In this document: piece after piece, positions 1 through 8,143 of the stretch
Layout of the letters: each line of letters begins with the position of its first letter
How positions within the stretch are numbered: the first letter of the stretch is position 1
Assembly: GCA_964529745.1 (NCBI GenBank)
Contig: CAZGZR010000003.1
Location: 1,420 to 65,419 of the forward strand
Direction of reading: 5' to 3'
From: an uncultured Candidatus Bathyarchaeia archaeon
Lineage (GTDB): Archaea; Thermoproteota; Bathyarchaeia; TCS64
DNA length: 64,000 bases
The notes under the pieces: model-generated
What the model was told of the DNA's origin: nothing
Seen by the model: only the letters and a program-made list of their open reading frames with translations
Databases searched by the model: none
Position numbers and translations under genes: made by a program

Positions 1-1
1 C

Positions 2-202
2 GCCGGCCTAAAGGGCCACCGCACAAAGTACACGCCACCCACGTGCAACACCCTCAGGACCCACGGCATCTGCCGCAACATGGACAGCATATGCGAGACC
101 GTGAGCCACCCCCTCGGCTACTACAGGCGGAAGGTGCGTCAACTGGATCGGCAGAGAGAGAAGAGGCAAGCTGAACCCTCAAATACAGCCGACCGACAAT
201 AA
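2..202 (+). CDS. 3' end of an unidentified Cys-containing protein; ORF is open to the window start, stop TAA at 200-202
   Basis: Open frame from position 2 with coding-like high-GC codon usage; ends ...CRNMDSICETVSHPLGYYRRKVRQLDRQREKRQAEPSNTADRQ*; no family recognised. Confidence 0.3.
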   Translation, partial: AGLKGHRTKYTPPTCNTLRTHGICRNMDSICETVSHPLGYYRRKVRQLDRQREKRQAEPSNTADRQ

Positions 203-213
203 CAGAGACCGGC

Positions 214-351
214 ATGCGGGAACCCGCGGAAGAGAGGAAGAAGGCACTCAAGAGCCTGGGACTCCACTACTGCAGGCACTACGACAACATAGTCCGCTTC
301 AACCCGTCTTTCTGCGGGAAATGCCGCCACTGCACCCGCCCCACGAGGTAA
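214..351 (+). CDS. candidate 45-aa Cys/His-rich small protein (MREPAEERKKALKSLGLHYCRHYDNIVRFNPSFCGKCRHCTRPTR)
   Basis: ATG ORF directly upstream of, and overlapping, the upstream alternative start of priS; HxCxH...CxxCxHC pattern suggests a zinc-ribbon-like fold; not in the supplied ORF track. Confidence 0.2.
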   Translation: MREPAEERKKALKSLGLHYCRHYDNIVRFNPSFCGKCRHCTRPTR

Positions 352-386
352 CCTGTTTTAAAACCCGTGAAGCCTATTCAATAGCC

Positions 387-1613
387 ATGGAAGACTGGGG
401 GAGCCCCGGGTTCGTCGAGGAACAGTTCAGGCAGTGGTACGCCCTAAACAGCGAGACCATACCGGCCCCCATGGATATAACGCACAGAGAGTTCGCTTTC
501 CTAACCTTCCACGGGCGAACCATGTACCGTCACATAAGTTTCAACAACCTTGACGAGCTTCGACGCTACCTCAGAGCAAACGCCCCCGCCCACAGCTACC
601 ACAGCAGCGGCTACTACGACGACCCCACCGCAGACATGGCCCGCAAGGGATGGAGGGGAGCGGACCTGGTCTTCGACATAGACGCCGACCACTTCGACCT
701 ACCATGCCAGAGAGAGCATGACAAGTGGCGGTGCAGGAACTGCGGCAAACAAGGCACGGGCCACCCCCCAGAGATATGCGAGTGCGGCAAGGCCCAGTTC
801 GAGACCGAGACGTGGCTATGCGAGCAGTGCCTCCAGGCAGCCAAACACGAGACCCAGAAGCTCCTCGACATACTCATACAGGACTTCGGCGTAGCCATCG
901 ACGACCTGACCACCAACTTCAGCGGAAACAGGGGGTACCACGTGCACGTCCACAGCGAAGGCATGATCCCCCTCGACCAGCAGGCCCGCCGCGAGATAGT
1001 GGACTACATAATGGCCACGGGCCTCGAGGCCGAGTACCAGGGCTTCAGCCAGAGGAACAGGGGGGCTCACCCCACCCTCGCCGAGGGAGGCTGGAGGGGA
1101 AGAACAGCCCGAGCCCTCTACGACTACATCCAGGAAGTCGAGCCCGAGGAGGTAGAGTCCATGAAGCTAGGCCGGAGAGTAGTGAAGAGCATCCTAGAGG
1201 ACAGGGAGAGGGTGCTCAACGTCCTGATGGAGAAGCACCCCAGCAACATCACCAGCCTCATAGACCCCGGCAGCCTGAAAACCGTGCTCATGAGAGCCAT
1301 CAAGCTCCAGGCCTCGGAGATCGATACCGTCGTCACCACGGACATCCACCGCCTAATAAGGCTGGCCTATACCCTCCATGGCAAGACCGGGTGGCAGGTC
1401 CAGACCATACCATACGGCACCCTCCCCGACTACGATCCCCTAACAAGGGCGGCCGTGATTACAGGCGGCCCCGTGCCGCTAGAGTTCAGGTGGGCGCCCA
1501 AAATAAAGATAAACGACGTAGAGTATGGACCATACGAAGACGAGCAGGCTGATCTGCCTCTGAGCGCCGCCCTCTTCTACCTATGCAAGAAAGGAGCCAG
1601 GCTTAGACGATGA
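387..1613 (+). CDS. priS: DNA primase small (catalytic) subunit PriS
   Basis: Aligns with archaeal PriS (REFAF..F..R...F..LDEL..YL....P.H.Y.S..YYD........KGW.GADLVFDIDADH; NRGYHVHV); Cys-rich Zn-knuckle insertion; ATG 387 matches the PriS N-terminus better than the upstream ATG 321. Confidence 0.85.
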   Translation: MEDWGSPGFVEEQFRQWYALNSETIPAPMDITHREFAFLTFHGRTMYRHISFNNLDELRRYLRANAPAHSYHSSGYYDDPTADMARKGWRGADLVFDIDADHFDLPCQREHDKWRCRNCGKQGTGHPPEICECGKAQFETETWLCEQCLQAAKHETQKLLDILIQDFGVAIDDLTTNFSGNRGYHVHVHSEGMIPLDQQARREIVDYIMATGLEAEYQGFSQRNRGAHPTLAEGGWRGRTARALYDYIQEVEPEEVESMKLGRRVVKSILEDRERVLNVLMEKHPSNITSLIDPGSLKTVLMRAIKLQASEIDTVVTTDIHRLIRLAYTLHGKTGWQVQTIPYGTLPDYDPLTRAAVITGGPVPLEFRWAPKIKINDVEYGPYEDEQADLPLSAALFYLCKKGARLRR

Positions 1614-2212
1614 GTGAAAGATACGAGAAACTCCGAGAGGCGTGGGAAAAGGAGACAGATAAGCCTGAGCTTCAGAAGATACCCGACGAGTTTCTCCACG
1701 AGATGCGCCGCTACTCCGAGGAGCTGAACAAGACCCCCTCAGCCCCCGGGACCCTCACGGGCGCCATAACCAAGAAGGAAAAGCGTTTCGTGGGCCAGAT
1801 GCTGAGGGAACTCACCGAGACCAGGCTCCGGAAGATAGTCACCAGGGAGCTCAGAGGCGAGCCCATCGACGCCCAGGCCATGACGCCCGAGGAGCAGAGA
1901 CTCCACTCGAACGTAAGACAGCTGCTGCTGGGCTATAGGCAGGGGACAGAAATCCCGGAGCCCGAGGCTCCACCGGAAGCCCCGAAGCCTAGGCCGGCCT
2001 CGACTCCCAGGCCAGGCGTGGCAGTCCCCAGCGAGGAGCCTGAAAGTGAAATTGTGGTGGTGAGGTTCCTGAAGCCTCTGCCAGCGATCATGGGCGTGGA
2101 CATGAAGGCGTACGGCCCCTTCGACGCCGAGGACGTGGCCAGCATCCCCAGACGGAATGCGGTAAACCTAATAAGGAGAGGTATAGCTAAGCTGGTGGAT
2201 ATAGAGCCATGA
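1610..2212 (+). CDS. gins15: GINS complex subunit Gins15 (Gins51-like), helical A-domain plus small C-terminal B-domain
   Basis: ATG overlaps the priS stop (ATGA); priS-gins15 linkage is a conserved archaeal arrangement; C-terminal B-domain motif VVRFLKPLP..GVDMKAYGPF..DVASIP..NA..LI..G.A. Confidence 0.6.
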   Translation: MSERYEKLREAWEKETDKPELQKIPDEFLHEMRRYSEELNKTPSAPGTLTGAITKKEKRFVGQMLRELTETRLRKIVTRELRGEPIDAQAMTPEEQRLHSNVRQLLLGYRQGTEIPEPEAPPEAPKPRPASTPRPGVAVPSEEPESEIVVVRFLKPLPAIMGVDMKAYGPFDAEDVASIPRRNAVNLIRRGIAKLVDIEP

Positions 2213-2484
2213 AAGTACCCAGGACCATTAGAACCTACTGCCCCAAGTGCAAGACCCACACAGAGCACACCGTCTCCATCTACAAGGCCGGGAAGAGAGC
2301 GGGCGCAAAGAAGGGCGAGCGCAGACAGGCAACCCGCAAGAAGGGCTACGGCGGCCAAAAGTTCCCGGAGCAGCACAACCAGGCCAAAGTCACGAAGAAG
2401 CAGACCCTCGTGCTCAGGTGCAGGGAGTGCAGCTACACGTTGCAGCGTGAAGGGATGCGGCTCAAGAAGCTGGAGGTAGTGTAG
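2209..2484 (+). CDS. rpl44e: 50S ribosomal protein L44e (eL42)
   Basis: MKVPRTIRTYCPKCKTHTEH...LRCRECSY C4 zinc motif; ATGA overlap with the gins15 stop. Confidence 0.85.
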   Translation: MKVPRTIRTYCPKCKTHTEHTVSIYKAGKRAGAKKGERRQATRKKGYGGQKFPEQHNQAKVTKKQTLVLRCRECSYTLQREGMRLKKLEVV

Positions 2485-2485
2485 A

Positions 2486-2683
2486 TTGGCCGAGTGGGAG
2501 CACCTCATACCACGCCCCACGTCCCGGTTCCTGCGCGTACGCTGCATAAGCTGCGAATCCGAGCAGATACTGTTCAGCCACAGCAGCACCGTGGTCAGGT
2601 GCCAGACCTGCGGCGAGGTGCTCGCGGAGCCCACCGGCGGGAAAGCAAAGATAAGCGCCGCCATAATATCCGTTCTAGGGTGA
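2486..2683 (+). CDS. rps27e: 30S ribosomal protein S27e
   Basis: FLRVRCISCESEQILFSHSSTVVRCQTCGEVLAEPTGGKA C4 zinc ribbon; TTG start one codon after the L44e stop. Confidence 0.85.
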   Translation: MAEWEHLIPRPTSRFLRVRCISCESEQILFSHSSTVVRCQTCGEVLAEPTGGKAKISAAIISVLG

Positions 2684-2688
2684 TCTGG

Positions 2689-3480
2689 ATGAGTCTAGGG
2701 CGACCAGAGTGGCCGGAGGTCGGCGAACTAGTTGTCGCGACTGTGCGGCGCGTGGAGAGCTACGGCGCCTACGTCAGCCTTGACGAGTACACCGACAGGG
2801 AGGGCCTCCTGCACATCTCCGAGATAAGCAGCAGGTGGGTGAGGAACATCCGCAACCACGTGCGGCCCGGCCAGAAGGTCGTCCTCCAAGTACTCAGGAC
2901 GGACCCGGGGAAGGGGCAGGTTGACCTCAGCCTCAGAAGGGTCAGCAGAGACGAGAAACGTAAGAAGATCGAGTCATGGAAGAAGGAGCGGAAGGCGGTC
3001 ACCCTGTTGACGCAGGCAGCCCACCAGCTCAACGTGGACACAGAGGCCCTCTTCGAGAGCGAGGGAGTGAAGCTGGTGGATCACTACGACAGCCTGTACG
3101 CAGGGCTGGAGCAAGCCTCCAAACGAGGCGTAGACGCCCTTACGAAGGCGGGCGTAGAGCCAAAAATCGCCGAGGTTCTCAGCGAGATAGCCAAGGAAAA
3201 AATAGTCATAAGGGGCGTGACGGTGCAAGGCGTCTTCGAGGCATCGACCATGTCCAACTTCGGGATACAGGAGATCAAGGACACCTTCCAGAAGGCCGAG
3301 GAAGTCGCCGAGGACAACGACGCAACCATCAACATAACCACCCTGGGGGCCCCCAAGTACAGGATACAGCTGACGGCGGAGGACTACAAGAAGGCCGAGT
3401 ACGCGCTGGACGCCGTGGTCAAGTTCGCCGAAGAGGCTTGGGGGAGCATCGACGGAAGCATAGCCTTCACGAGGGAGTAG
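2689..3480 (+). CDS. eif2a: translation initiation factor aIF-2 alpha subunit
   Basis: S1 domain (GELVVATVRRVESYGAYVSLDEY...GLLHISEISSRWVRNIRNHVRPGQKVVLQVLRTD) plus helical and alpha-beta domains; ATG at 2689 inside the longer track ORF 2494..3480, whose N-terminus overlaps S27e. Confidence 0.85.
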   Translation: MSLGRPEWPEVGELVVATVRRVESYGAYVSLDEYTDREGLLHISEISSRWVRNIRNHVRPGQKVVLQVLRTDPGKGQVDLSLRRVSRDEKRKKIESWKKERKAVTLLTQAAHQLNVDTEALFESEGVKLVDHYDSLYAGLEQASKRGVDALTKAGVEPKIAEVLSEIAKEKIVIRGVTVQGVFEASTMSNFGIQEIKDTFQKAEEVAEDNDATINITTLGAPKYRIQLTAEDYKKAEYALDAVVKFAEEAWGSIDGSIAFTRE

Positions 3481-3486
3481 CCCCTG

Positions 3487-3684
3487 ATGGTTTGGCTCTT
3501 GAGGCGATGTAAGAGCTGCAGCCAATACACTCTGAAGGAGACTTGCCCGCGCTGCGGAGGCGATACGGAGTCGCCCCACCCGGCGAAGTTCTCCATCGAC
3601 GACAAGTACCGAAGGTACCGCATCCTCATGAAGAGAATTGCCGAGGAAAAACGCGGCGGCGACACAGAGCCTTCGATGCATTGA
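3487..3684 (+). CDS. nop10: H/ACA ribonucleoprotein subunit Nop10
   Basis: LRRCKSC..YTLKETCPRCGG.T...PAKFS.DDKYRRYR; canonical position after aIF2alpha. Confidence 0.85.
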   Translation: MVWLLRRCKSCSQYTLKETCPRCGGDTESPHPAKFSIDDKYRRYRILMKRIAEEKRGGDTEPSMH

Positions 3685-3744
3685 AGGTAATTTAATCTTG
3701 GAAAGGCTTTTTATCGTTCAGTTACCCTTGTTTCTTCGATTACA

Positions 3745-4116
3745 TTGGCAAAGACTTATGTTCGAATCTATGGACCGCCGCTCCTGAAGGCAATAAAGGC
3801 TTTGGAGGGCGTCGCCGTGGATATGTCGAAGTCAACCGAGGTGAAGTTCAGCCACAAGTGTGTGCCTTATCCCTCGAGGATGCAGAGCGACAAGAGAGAC
3901 TGGGAAACCTACCTGAAAAACCTACAGGAAACATACACAGACTGCTACGAGCCCCAGAAGATCATCAGCGACGCCAGCATGACTCTGGGCGAGTACGACT
4001 TCGTGTTCGAGTGGACCGAGAAGAAGCCTTCGATGAAGAAGGTCCAGGGCCTCATCGAGAAGATAGACGCCGCTCTAGGTGAATTTGGGGTCCTCTACAC
4101 GCTCAAAACTGAGTAG
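3745..4116 (+). CDS. hypothetical protein (123 aa, TTG start)
   Basis: ORF with its own upstream TATA-like box (ctttttatcg, about 3706-3715) and a downstream oligo-T terminator; no family recognised. Confidence 0.4.
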   Translation: MAKTYVRIYGPPLLKAIKALEGVAVDMSKSTEVKFSHKCVPYPSRMQSDKRDWETYLKNLQETYTDCYEPQKIISDASMTLGEYDFVFEWTEKKPSMKKVQGLIEKIDAALGEFGVLYTLKTE

Positions 4117-4120
4117 GCTC

Positions 4121-4140
4121 TGTTTTTATTCAAGTTTTTA
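4121..4140 (+). terminator. oligo-T terminator (tgtttttattcaagttttta)
   Basis: Two T5 runs directly after the 4116 stop. Confidence 0.5.
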
Positions 4141-4165
4141 AATCAAATAGAAAAAAGGGATGAGA

Positions 4166-4306
4166 TTACTCGGACTTCACTTCTTCCGTGGCTGACTCTG
4201 CCTCGGCCAGGGCTCTCCTTTCCCGTATCTCCTCGTAGACTATGAAGGCGGGCATGATGATCCATATGGCTATCATGACCCAGAAGAGGATGGTGTCGTA
4301 GTTCAT
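4166..4306 (-). CDS. 46-aa single-TM small protein translationally coupled to livM ([46 protein letters not shown])
   Basis: Its ATG overlaps the livM stop as ATGA on the minus strand; hydrophobic helix plus charged tail. Confidence 0.4.
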   Translation of the reverse strand: MNYDTILFWVMIAIWIIMPAFIVYEEIRERRALAEAESATEEVKSE

Positions 4307-5514
4307 TCCTCTTCCTCCTCCTTCTTTCCACCAGACAGTATGGACGTTATTCCCTTGATGCCGCTGCTGGACCCACGGGTTCTCGGCGCAGCCCTCCAGT
4401 CGACTTCCACATGCTCTTGCACTAGCTTGGAGTAGTTGACTCCTGGAACGTAGAGCAGCTTCTCGGGGATCAGGCCGTTCGGTCTGAATATGATGACCGC
4501 GACCAGCAGTACTCCGAGAAGGATCTGTTCGAAGTAAGCCACCGGGAAGAAGAAGACTTCTTGCAGGAACCACTTGTTCACGATGATGATCCGCCGCATC
4601 GCGATGACCAGCGCACACCCGAGGAAGGTTCCGGCGTTGTTACCGGGTCCTCCGAGTATGAGCATCAGCCAGGGCCAGTAGGTCCATAGGGCACGCTGGT
4701 AGTTGGCCTCAACGACATAGCTGAAGTAGAACGCCAGTAAGGAGCCGCTTATGGCTGTGATGCCTGAGGCGAACATGAGTATGTTCCGCCGTATCCCGAC
4801 TACGTTTTTACCGACGCTGCCAACCGTTATCTCGTTTTCGCGTATTGCCCGCATCAGTCTACCGTAGGGGCTGTTCAGCATTGTCCTGAAGATGAAGAAG
4901 CTGACAAGGCCAATCAACAACGTTATGATCGCCGTCACTATGGTCCTGTCTCCAGGGTACCACTTGAAGATGTCCGGAATGAATAGCCCAAGCGTTCCAC
5001 CGCTTATCCAGGTGATGTTTCTTCCAAAGATCTGTGAAGCATCGGCCATGGTGATCAGGACGATCATCAGGTAGGTCGCCCTAAGCCGGATGGCTGGTAA
5101 ACTGATTAACCACCCGATTACTGCGCCTAATATTAGGGATATAGCTAGCGTGAACAGAAGCATCGAGATGCCGAACAGCGGTTCACCTTTAAGCCATTCG
5201 TTTACGATTGCCACATTTGGCGGGTTGTTGTATACCCAATCATAGTCGTTGTTCCAAGGCAGTATCTCAACTCCAGCGTTACCTGCTAAGGTCAATATTA
5301 GCCGGGTCGTTATGGCGCTAACCGTGAAGCCTCCAATGATTACCTGTACGGCGCATCCCATGTTGGGTATGCCTGCGTTTCCATACTGGAAGTTTAGAGC
5401 CATAGCCACGATGACGAATAGACCGAAGTACATGGCTATGTCTACTATTAGCCTAGAAGTACCTTCAACGGCCACGCTGCTAGTTAGTAGTCCTAGTGCT
5501 ATTTCCTGTATCAT
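4303..5514 (-). CDS. livM: branched-chain amino acid ABC transporter permease (LivM-like)
   Basis: Polytopic membrane protein with LivM-type permease core; overlaps livH by 4 nt. Confidence 0.8.
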   Translation of the reverse strand: MIQEIALGLLTSSVAVEGTSRLIVDIAMYFGLFVIVAMALNFQYGNAGIPNMGCAVQVIIGGFTVSAITTRLILTLAGNAGVEILPWNNDYDWVYNNPPNVAIVNEWLKGEPLFGISMLLFTLAISLILGAVIGWLISLPAIRLRATYLMIVLITMADASQIFGRNITWISGGTLGLFIPDIFKWYPGDRTIVTAIITLLIGLVSFFIFRTMLNSPYGRLMRAIRENEITVGSVGKNVVGIRRNILMFASGITAISGSLLAFYFSYVVEANYQRALWTYWPWLMLILGGPGNNAGTFLGCALVIAMRRIIIVNKWFLQEVFFFPVAYFEQILLGVLLVAVIIFRPNGLIPEKLLYVPGVNYSKLVQEHVEVDWRAAPRTRGSSSGIKGITSILSGGKKEEEEE

Positions 5515-6491
5515 GTTACCGGTTCCTCCTTAAGCAACCCTATTGATTTCAGTATAGATTGCCCTGTGTTGCTGGCGACCAGCCTTTCCCATGCTCCTTG
5601 TAGGCCACGAGGTTCTATCAAAAGAACGGCTACAAGGAAAAACATTGGAACCAAAGGCCTGTATTCACCTACCCAAGATCCTAAGAGAGCTTGGCCCCAT
5701 GTTGTCAGCATGATCTCGGATACGCCGACTACGAAGCCTCCTACAACGGCTCCGTAGACGTTTTCGAAGCCTCCCAACAGACTACCGGCCATGATGGGAG
5801 TTATCATCATGGCGCCGGTCGTTGGGGTGCTCATGAACCACAGGGGGATCATTGATCCCGCTAGACAAGCCATTCCTCCCGTGAGGAACCAGCTGAATAT
5901 CTGGATCTGGTTGGTGTTGATTCCGAGTACCGAAGCGAGCTCTGGGTCCTCTGCGGTTGCCCTCATTGCTATACCGATCCTTGTTCTTGTTAGCATGTAG
6001 TGCAGGACCAACACGCAGGCGGTTGTCAGCCCCATGGATACAACGAAGATTCCTGGGAAGCCACTGATTTTGAAGTCGGCGTCCTTTAGGAGGAACAGCT
6101 GTGCATAAGTGTTGTACCTGGCTCTCAGCCAGAACGCGTAGATGTTGGTTGCACCCGCTAGGAATATCTGGATCGCAAGTGTTGAAATGGTAAGTACGAT
6201 CGCGCCTCCACCCAATCTTTGGAGTACTCCGATAACCAGCAAGTAGATGATTATGCTGATAATGCCTCCAATCAAGAAGGACAGAGGGAACCCTAGATAA
6301 GGTGAAAACCCAAGAATCTTTGAGAATGTATAGCTCACATAGATGCCTATGCCCGCGTATGTTCCGTGTGCGAAGTTGGGTACCTTCGCCGTCAGGTATG
6401 TCAGCGTGAAGCCCATGCTTAGCAGTGTGAGTTCGCTCGCATAAGTCAGAGCTGCTATCCAAATCGCTGGGATTAGCATGTTGTAACCCAC
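5511..6491 (-). CDS. livH: branched-chain amino acid ABC transporter permease (LivH-like)
   Basis: LivH-type permease; first gene of the minus-strand operon. Confidence 0.8.
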   Translation of the reverse strand: MGYNMLIPAIWIAALTYASELTLLSMGFTLTYLTAKVPNFAHGTYAGIGIYVSYTFSKILGFSPYLGFPLSFLIGGIISIIIYLLVIGVLQRLGGGAIVLTISTLAIQIFLAGATNIYAFWLRARYNTYAQLFLLKDADFKISGFPGIFVVSMGLTTACVLVLHYMLTRTRIGIAMRATAEDPELASVLGINTNQIQIFSWFLTGGMACLAGSMIPLWFMSTPTTGAMMITPIMAGSLLGGFENVYGAVVGGFVVGVSEIMLTTWGQALLGSWVGEYRPLVPMFFLVAVLLIEPRGLQGAWERLVASNTGQSILKSIGLLKEEPVT

Positions 6492-6523
6492 AACGGTTCT
6501 AACTATATGAATTAATAATACTT

Positions 6524-6551
6524 TTCATGAATATACAGTACCGTTCATGAA
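6524..6551. promoter_or_regulatory. two copies of the perfect palindrome TTCATGAA, 20 bp apart centre to centre, in the livHM / livJ divergent promoter region
   Basis: TTCATGAA at 6524-6531 and 6544-6551, inside a larger inverted repeat tgaatatacagtaccgttca. Confidence 0.4.
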
Positions 6552-6656
6552 GTCAGGTTAAAATAAGGGTTTTTTAGTTAGATCAATCGTAATAGAACTA
6601 AATAAGGCATTTTATATTGTTTTTATTTATAGTCCTAAACGTTTGCATGTAAAAAC

Positions 6657-6667
6657 CTTATATAATG
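6657..6667 (+). promoter_or_regulatory. TATA box (cttatataatg) for the livJ-like gene
   Basis: AT-rich TATA about 55 nt upstream of ATG 6722. Confidence 0.45.
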
Positions 6668-6721
6668 TAAATAGTGAAATTAATCTCTGCGACAAACAGC
6701 AAGGTGAAACTAGACTTGGAA

Positions 6722-8017
6722 ATGAAAGGTAACACCCTAGCAATAGTACTACTTGTCGTAGGACTCGTCGTCGGAGGAGGAGTAGGATACTTCGCCGCTC
6801 CGACACAGACAGAGCAAATAGAGGTCCCGGTTGAAGTGGAAACATTGCCACTTGAAGGCGAAACCGTTCAACTAGGCTACATAAGCTCCACGACGACAGG
6901 CCTAGAGACAAACCAACCACACATAGAAGACATAATGGTACCAGACTACAACGCGTATGCCGCAAAATTAGGATACGATGTAGATTTCGTATACCTCATT
7001 GACGACGCAACCAGTCAAGCTGCAGTCCACTTGGAGAAAGTCCAAGGCTTCAAGAGCATAGGCGTCAACATATTCATTGGCGGTGGCTGGTCGAGCCAAG
7101 CTTCGGCAGCTCTAAGCTACTGCAACGACAACGATATGTTGATGTGGAGCGCATCCTCCACCAGCCCGACTCTTGCCATCGCCGGCGACAACCTTCTGAG
7201 AATGTGCCCAACAGACTTGGTACAGGCCCCTGCAATCGTTAGGATGCTTGAGAGCCACGGTATCGAGGCTGTTGTTACAATCCAGCGTGGCGACTCTTGG
7301 GCAGATGGTATCTACAACATATACCAGCCCATGTTCGTGGAAGGCGGAGGAGTGGAACTTGACAGGATCAGGTACGCCGCCGAGGTCCAGGAGTTCTCAA
7401 GCTATCTACAGCAAGCAGAAAACAAACTCTCAGAAGCAATTGGCACTTATGGCAAAGACCACGTAGCAGTAGAGATCATCGGCTTCCAAGAAGTAGCCAA
7501 CATGATCCAGCAAGCCGTAGACTATCCGACAGTCTACGACGTCATATGGTTCGGCAGCGACGGCACGGCACTCACATCACAGATAAGGGACGACTCCCCT
7601 GAACAGGCAGCCCATCTAAACCTGTACAGCACGCTAGCTGCACCAGCAGAATCACAGAAGTACCTCGATCTATACGATCGATACTGGGCGCTAGTGGGAA
7701 TGCCCTATGGCTACTACACAGCCTGCACATATGACATCGGCTGGCTACTGACAGAGACAATACTCGAGTCCCAAAGCACAGACGCAATGGTGAACCTAGA
7801 GCTCCAGCCAACAAGCGCCTTTAACAGCTACGGCGCCAGCGGTTGGAACAGGCTGAACGAGGACGGAGACAGATATGCAAGCAACTACCAGATCTGGGCC
7901 TACAGGCTCGACAGCGCAGGCGTCGGTCAGGACTACGTCGCCGGTCTGTACGACATGGTAACTGACAGCGTCACGTGGTACATAAACGAAATCGGCTACA
8001 CACCAGTTTCAAGATAA
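6722..8017 (+). CDS. livJ: branched-chain amino acid ABC transporter substrate-binding protein with N-terminal membrane anchor (LivJ-like)
   Basis: N-terminal TM/signal segment (LAIVLLVVGLVVGGGVGYFAAP) then a periplasmic-binding-protein type I fold; ATG 6722 preferred over GTG 6674, which lies too close to the TATA. Confidence 0.75.
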   Translation: MKGNTLAIVLLVVGLVVGGGVGYFAAPTQTEQIEVPVEVETLPLEGETVQLGYISSTTTGLETNQPHIEDIMVPDYNAYAAKLGYDVDFVYLIDDATSQAAVHLEKVQGFKSIGVNIFIGGGWSSQASAALSYCNDNDMLMWSASSTSPTLAIAGDNLLRMCPTDLVQAPAIVRMLESHGIEAVVTIQRGDSWADGIYNIYQPMFVEGGGVELDRIRYAAEVQEFSSYLQQAENKLSEAIGTYGKDHVAVEIIGFQEVANMIQQAVDYPTVYDVIWFGSDGTALTSQIRDDSPEQAAHLNLYSTLAAPAESQKYLDLYDRYWALVGMPYGYYTACTYDIGWLLTETILESQSTDAMVNLELQPTSAFNSYGASGWNRLNEDGDRYASNYQIWAYRLDSAGVGQDYVAGLYDMVTDSVTWYINEIGYTPVSR

Positions 8018-8034
8018 GCATACAAAACCTAATT

Positions 8035-8050
8035 CTCCTTTTTTTAAAAA
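8035..8050 (+). terminator. oligo-T terminator after livJ (ctcctttttttaaaaa)
   Basis: T7 run about 20 nt after the stop. Confidence 0.5.
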
Positions 8051-8143
8051 TTAAGAAACCTATTTAATATAAGGATACGAATTTAGTATTCCGGCAAAAA
8101 TATTTAAACAGACACTATACGCTATAGGTTAGTTGATGCCTAT

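Noticed and set aside
725-1552. 275-aa ORF (and similar ones such as 2976..3512, 12367..13416, 17347..17802, 26928..27923, 35363..36043, 41526..43271, 61158..62027) overlapping real genes in other frames or on the opposite strand
   Set aside because: Their products are low-complexity, Arg/Pro/Gly-rich, as expected for out-of-frame readings of 60% GC coding DNA. Each sits inside a gene with clear family signatures.
2494-3480. Long form of the aIF2alpha ORF starting at 2494
   Set aside because: Its first 65 codons overlap S27e in another frame and read as low complexity. The conserved aIF2alpha N-terminus begins at ATG 2689.
6674-6721. GTG 6674 as the livJ start
   Set aside because: It lies only about 10 nt downstream of the TATA box (6657-6667), which is too close for initiation. 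ATG 6722 gives a canonical N-terminal membrane anchor.
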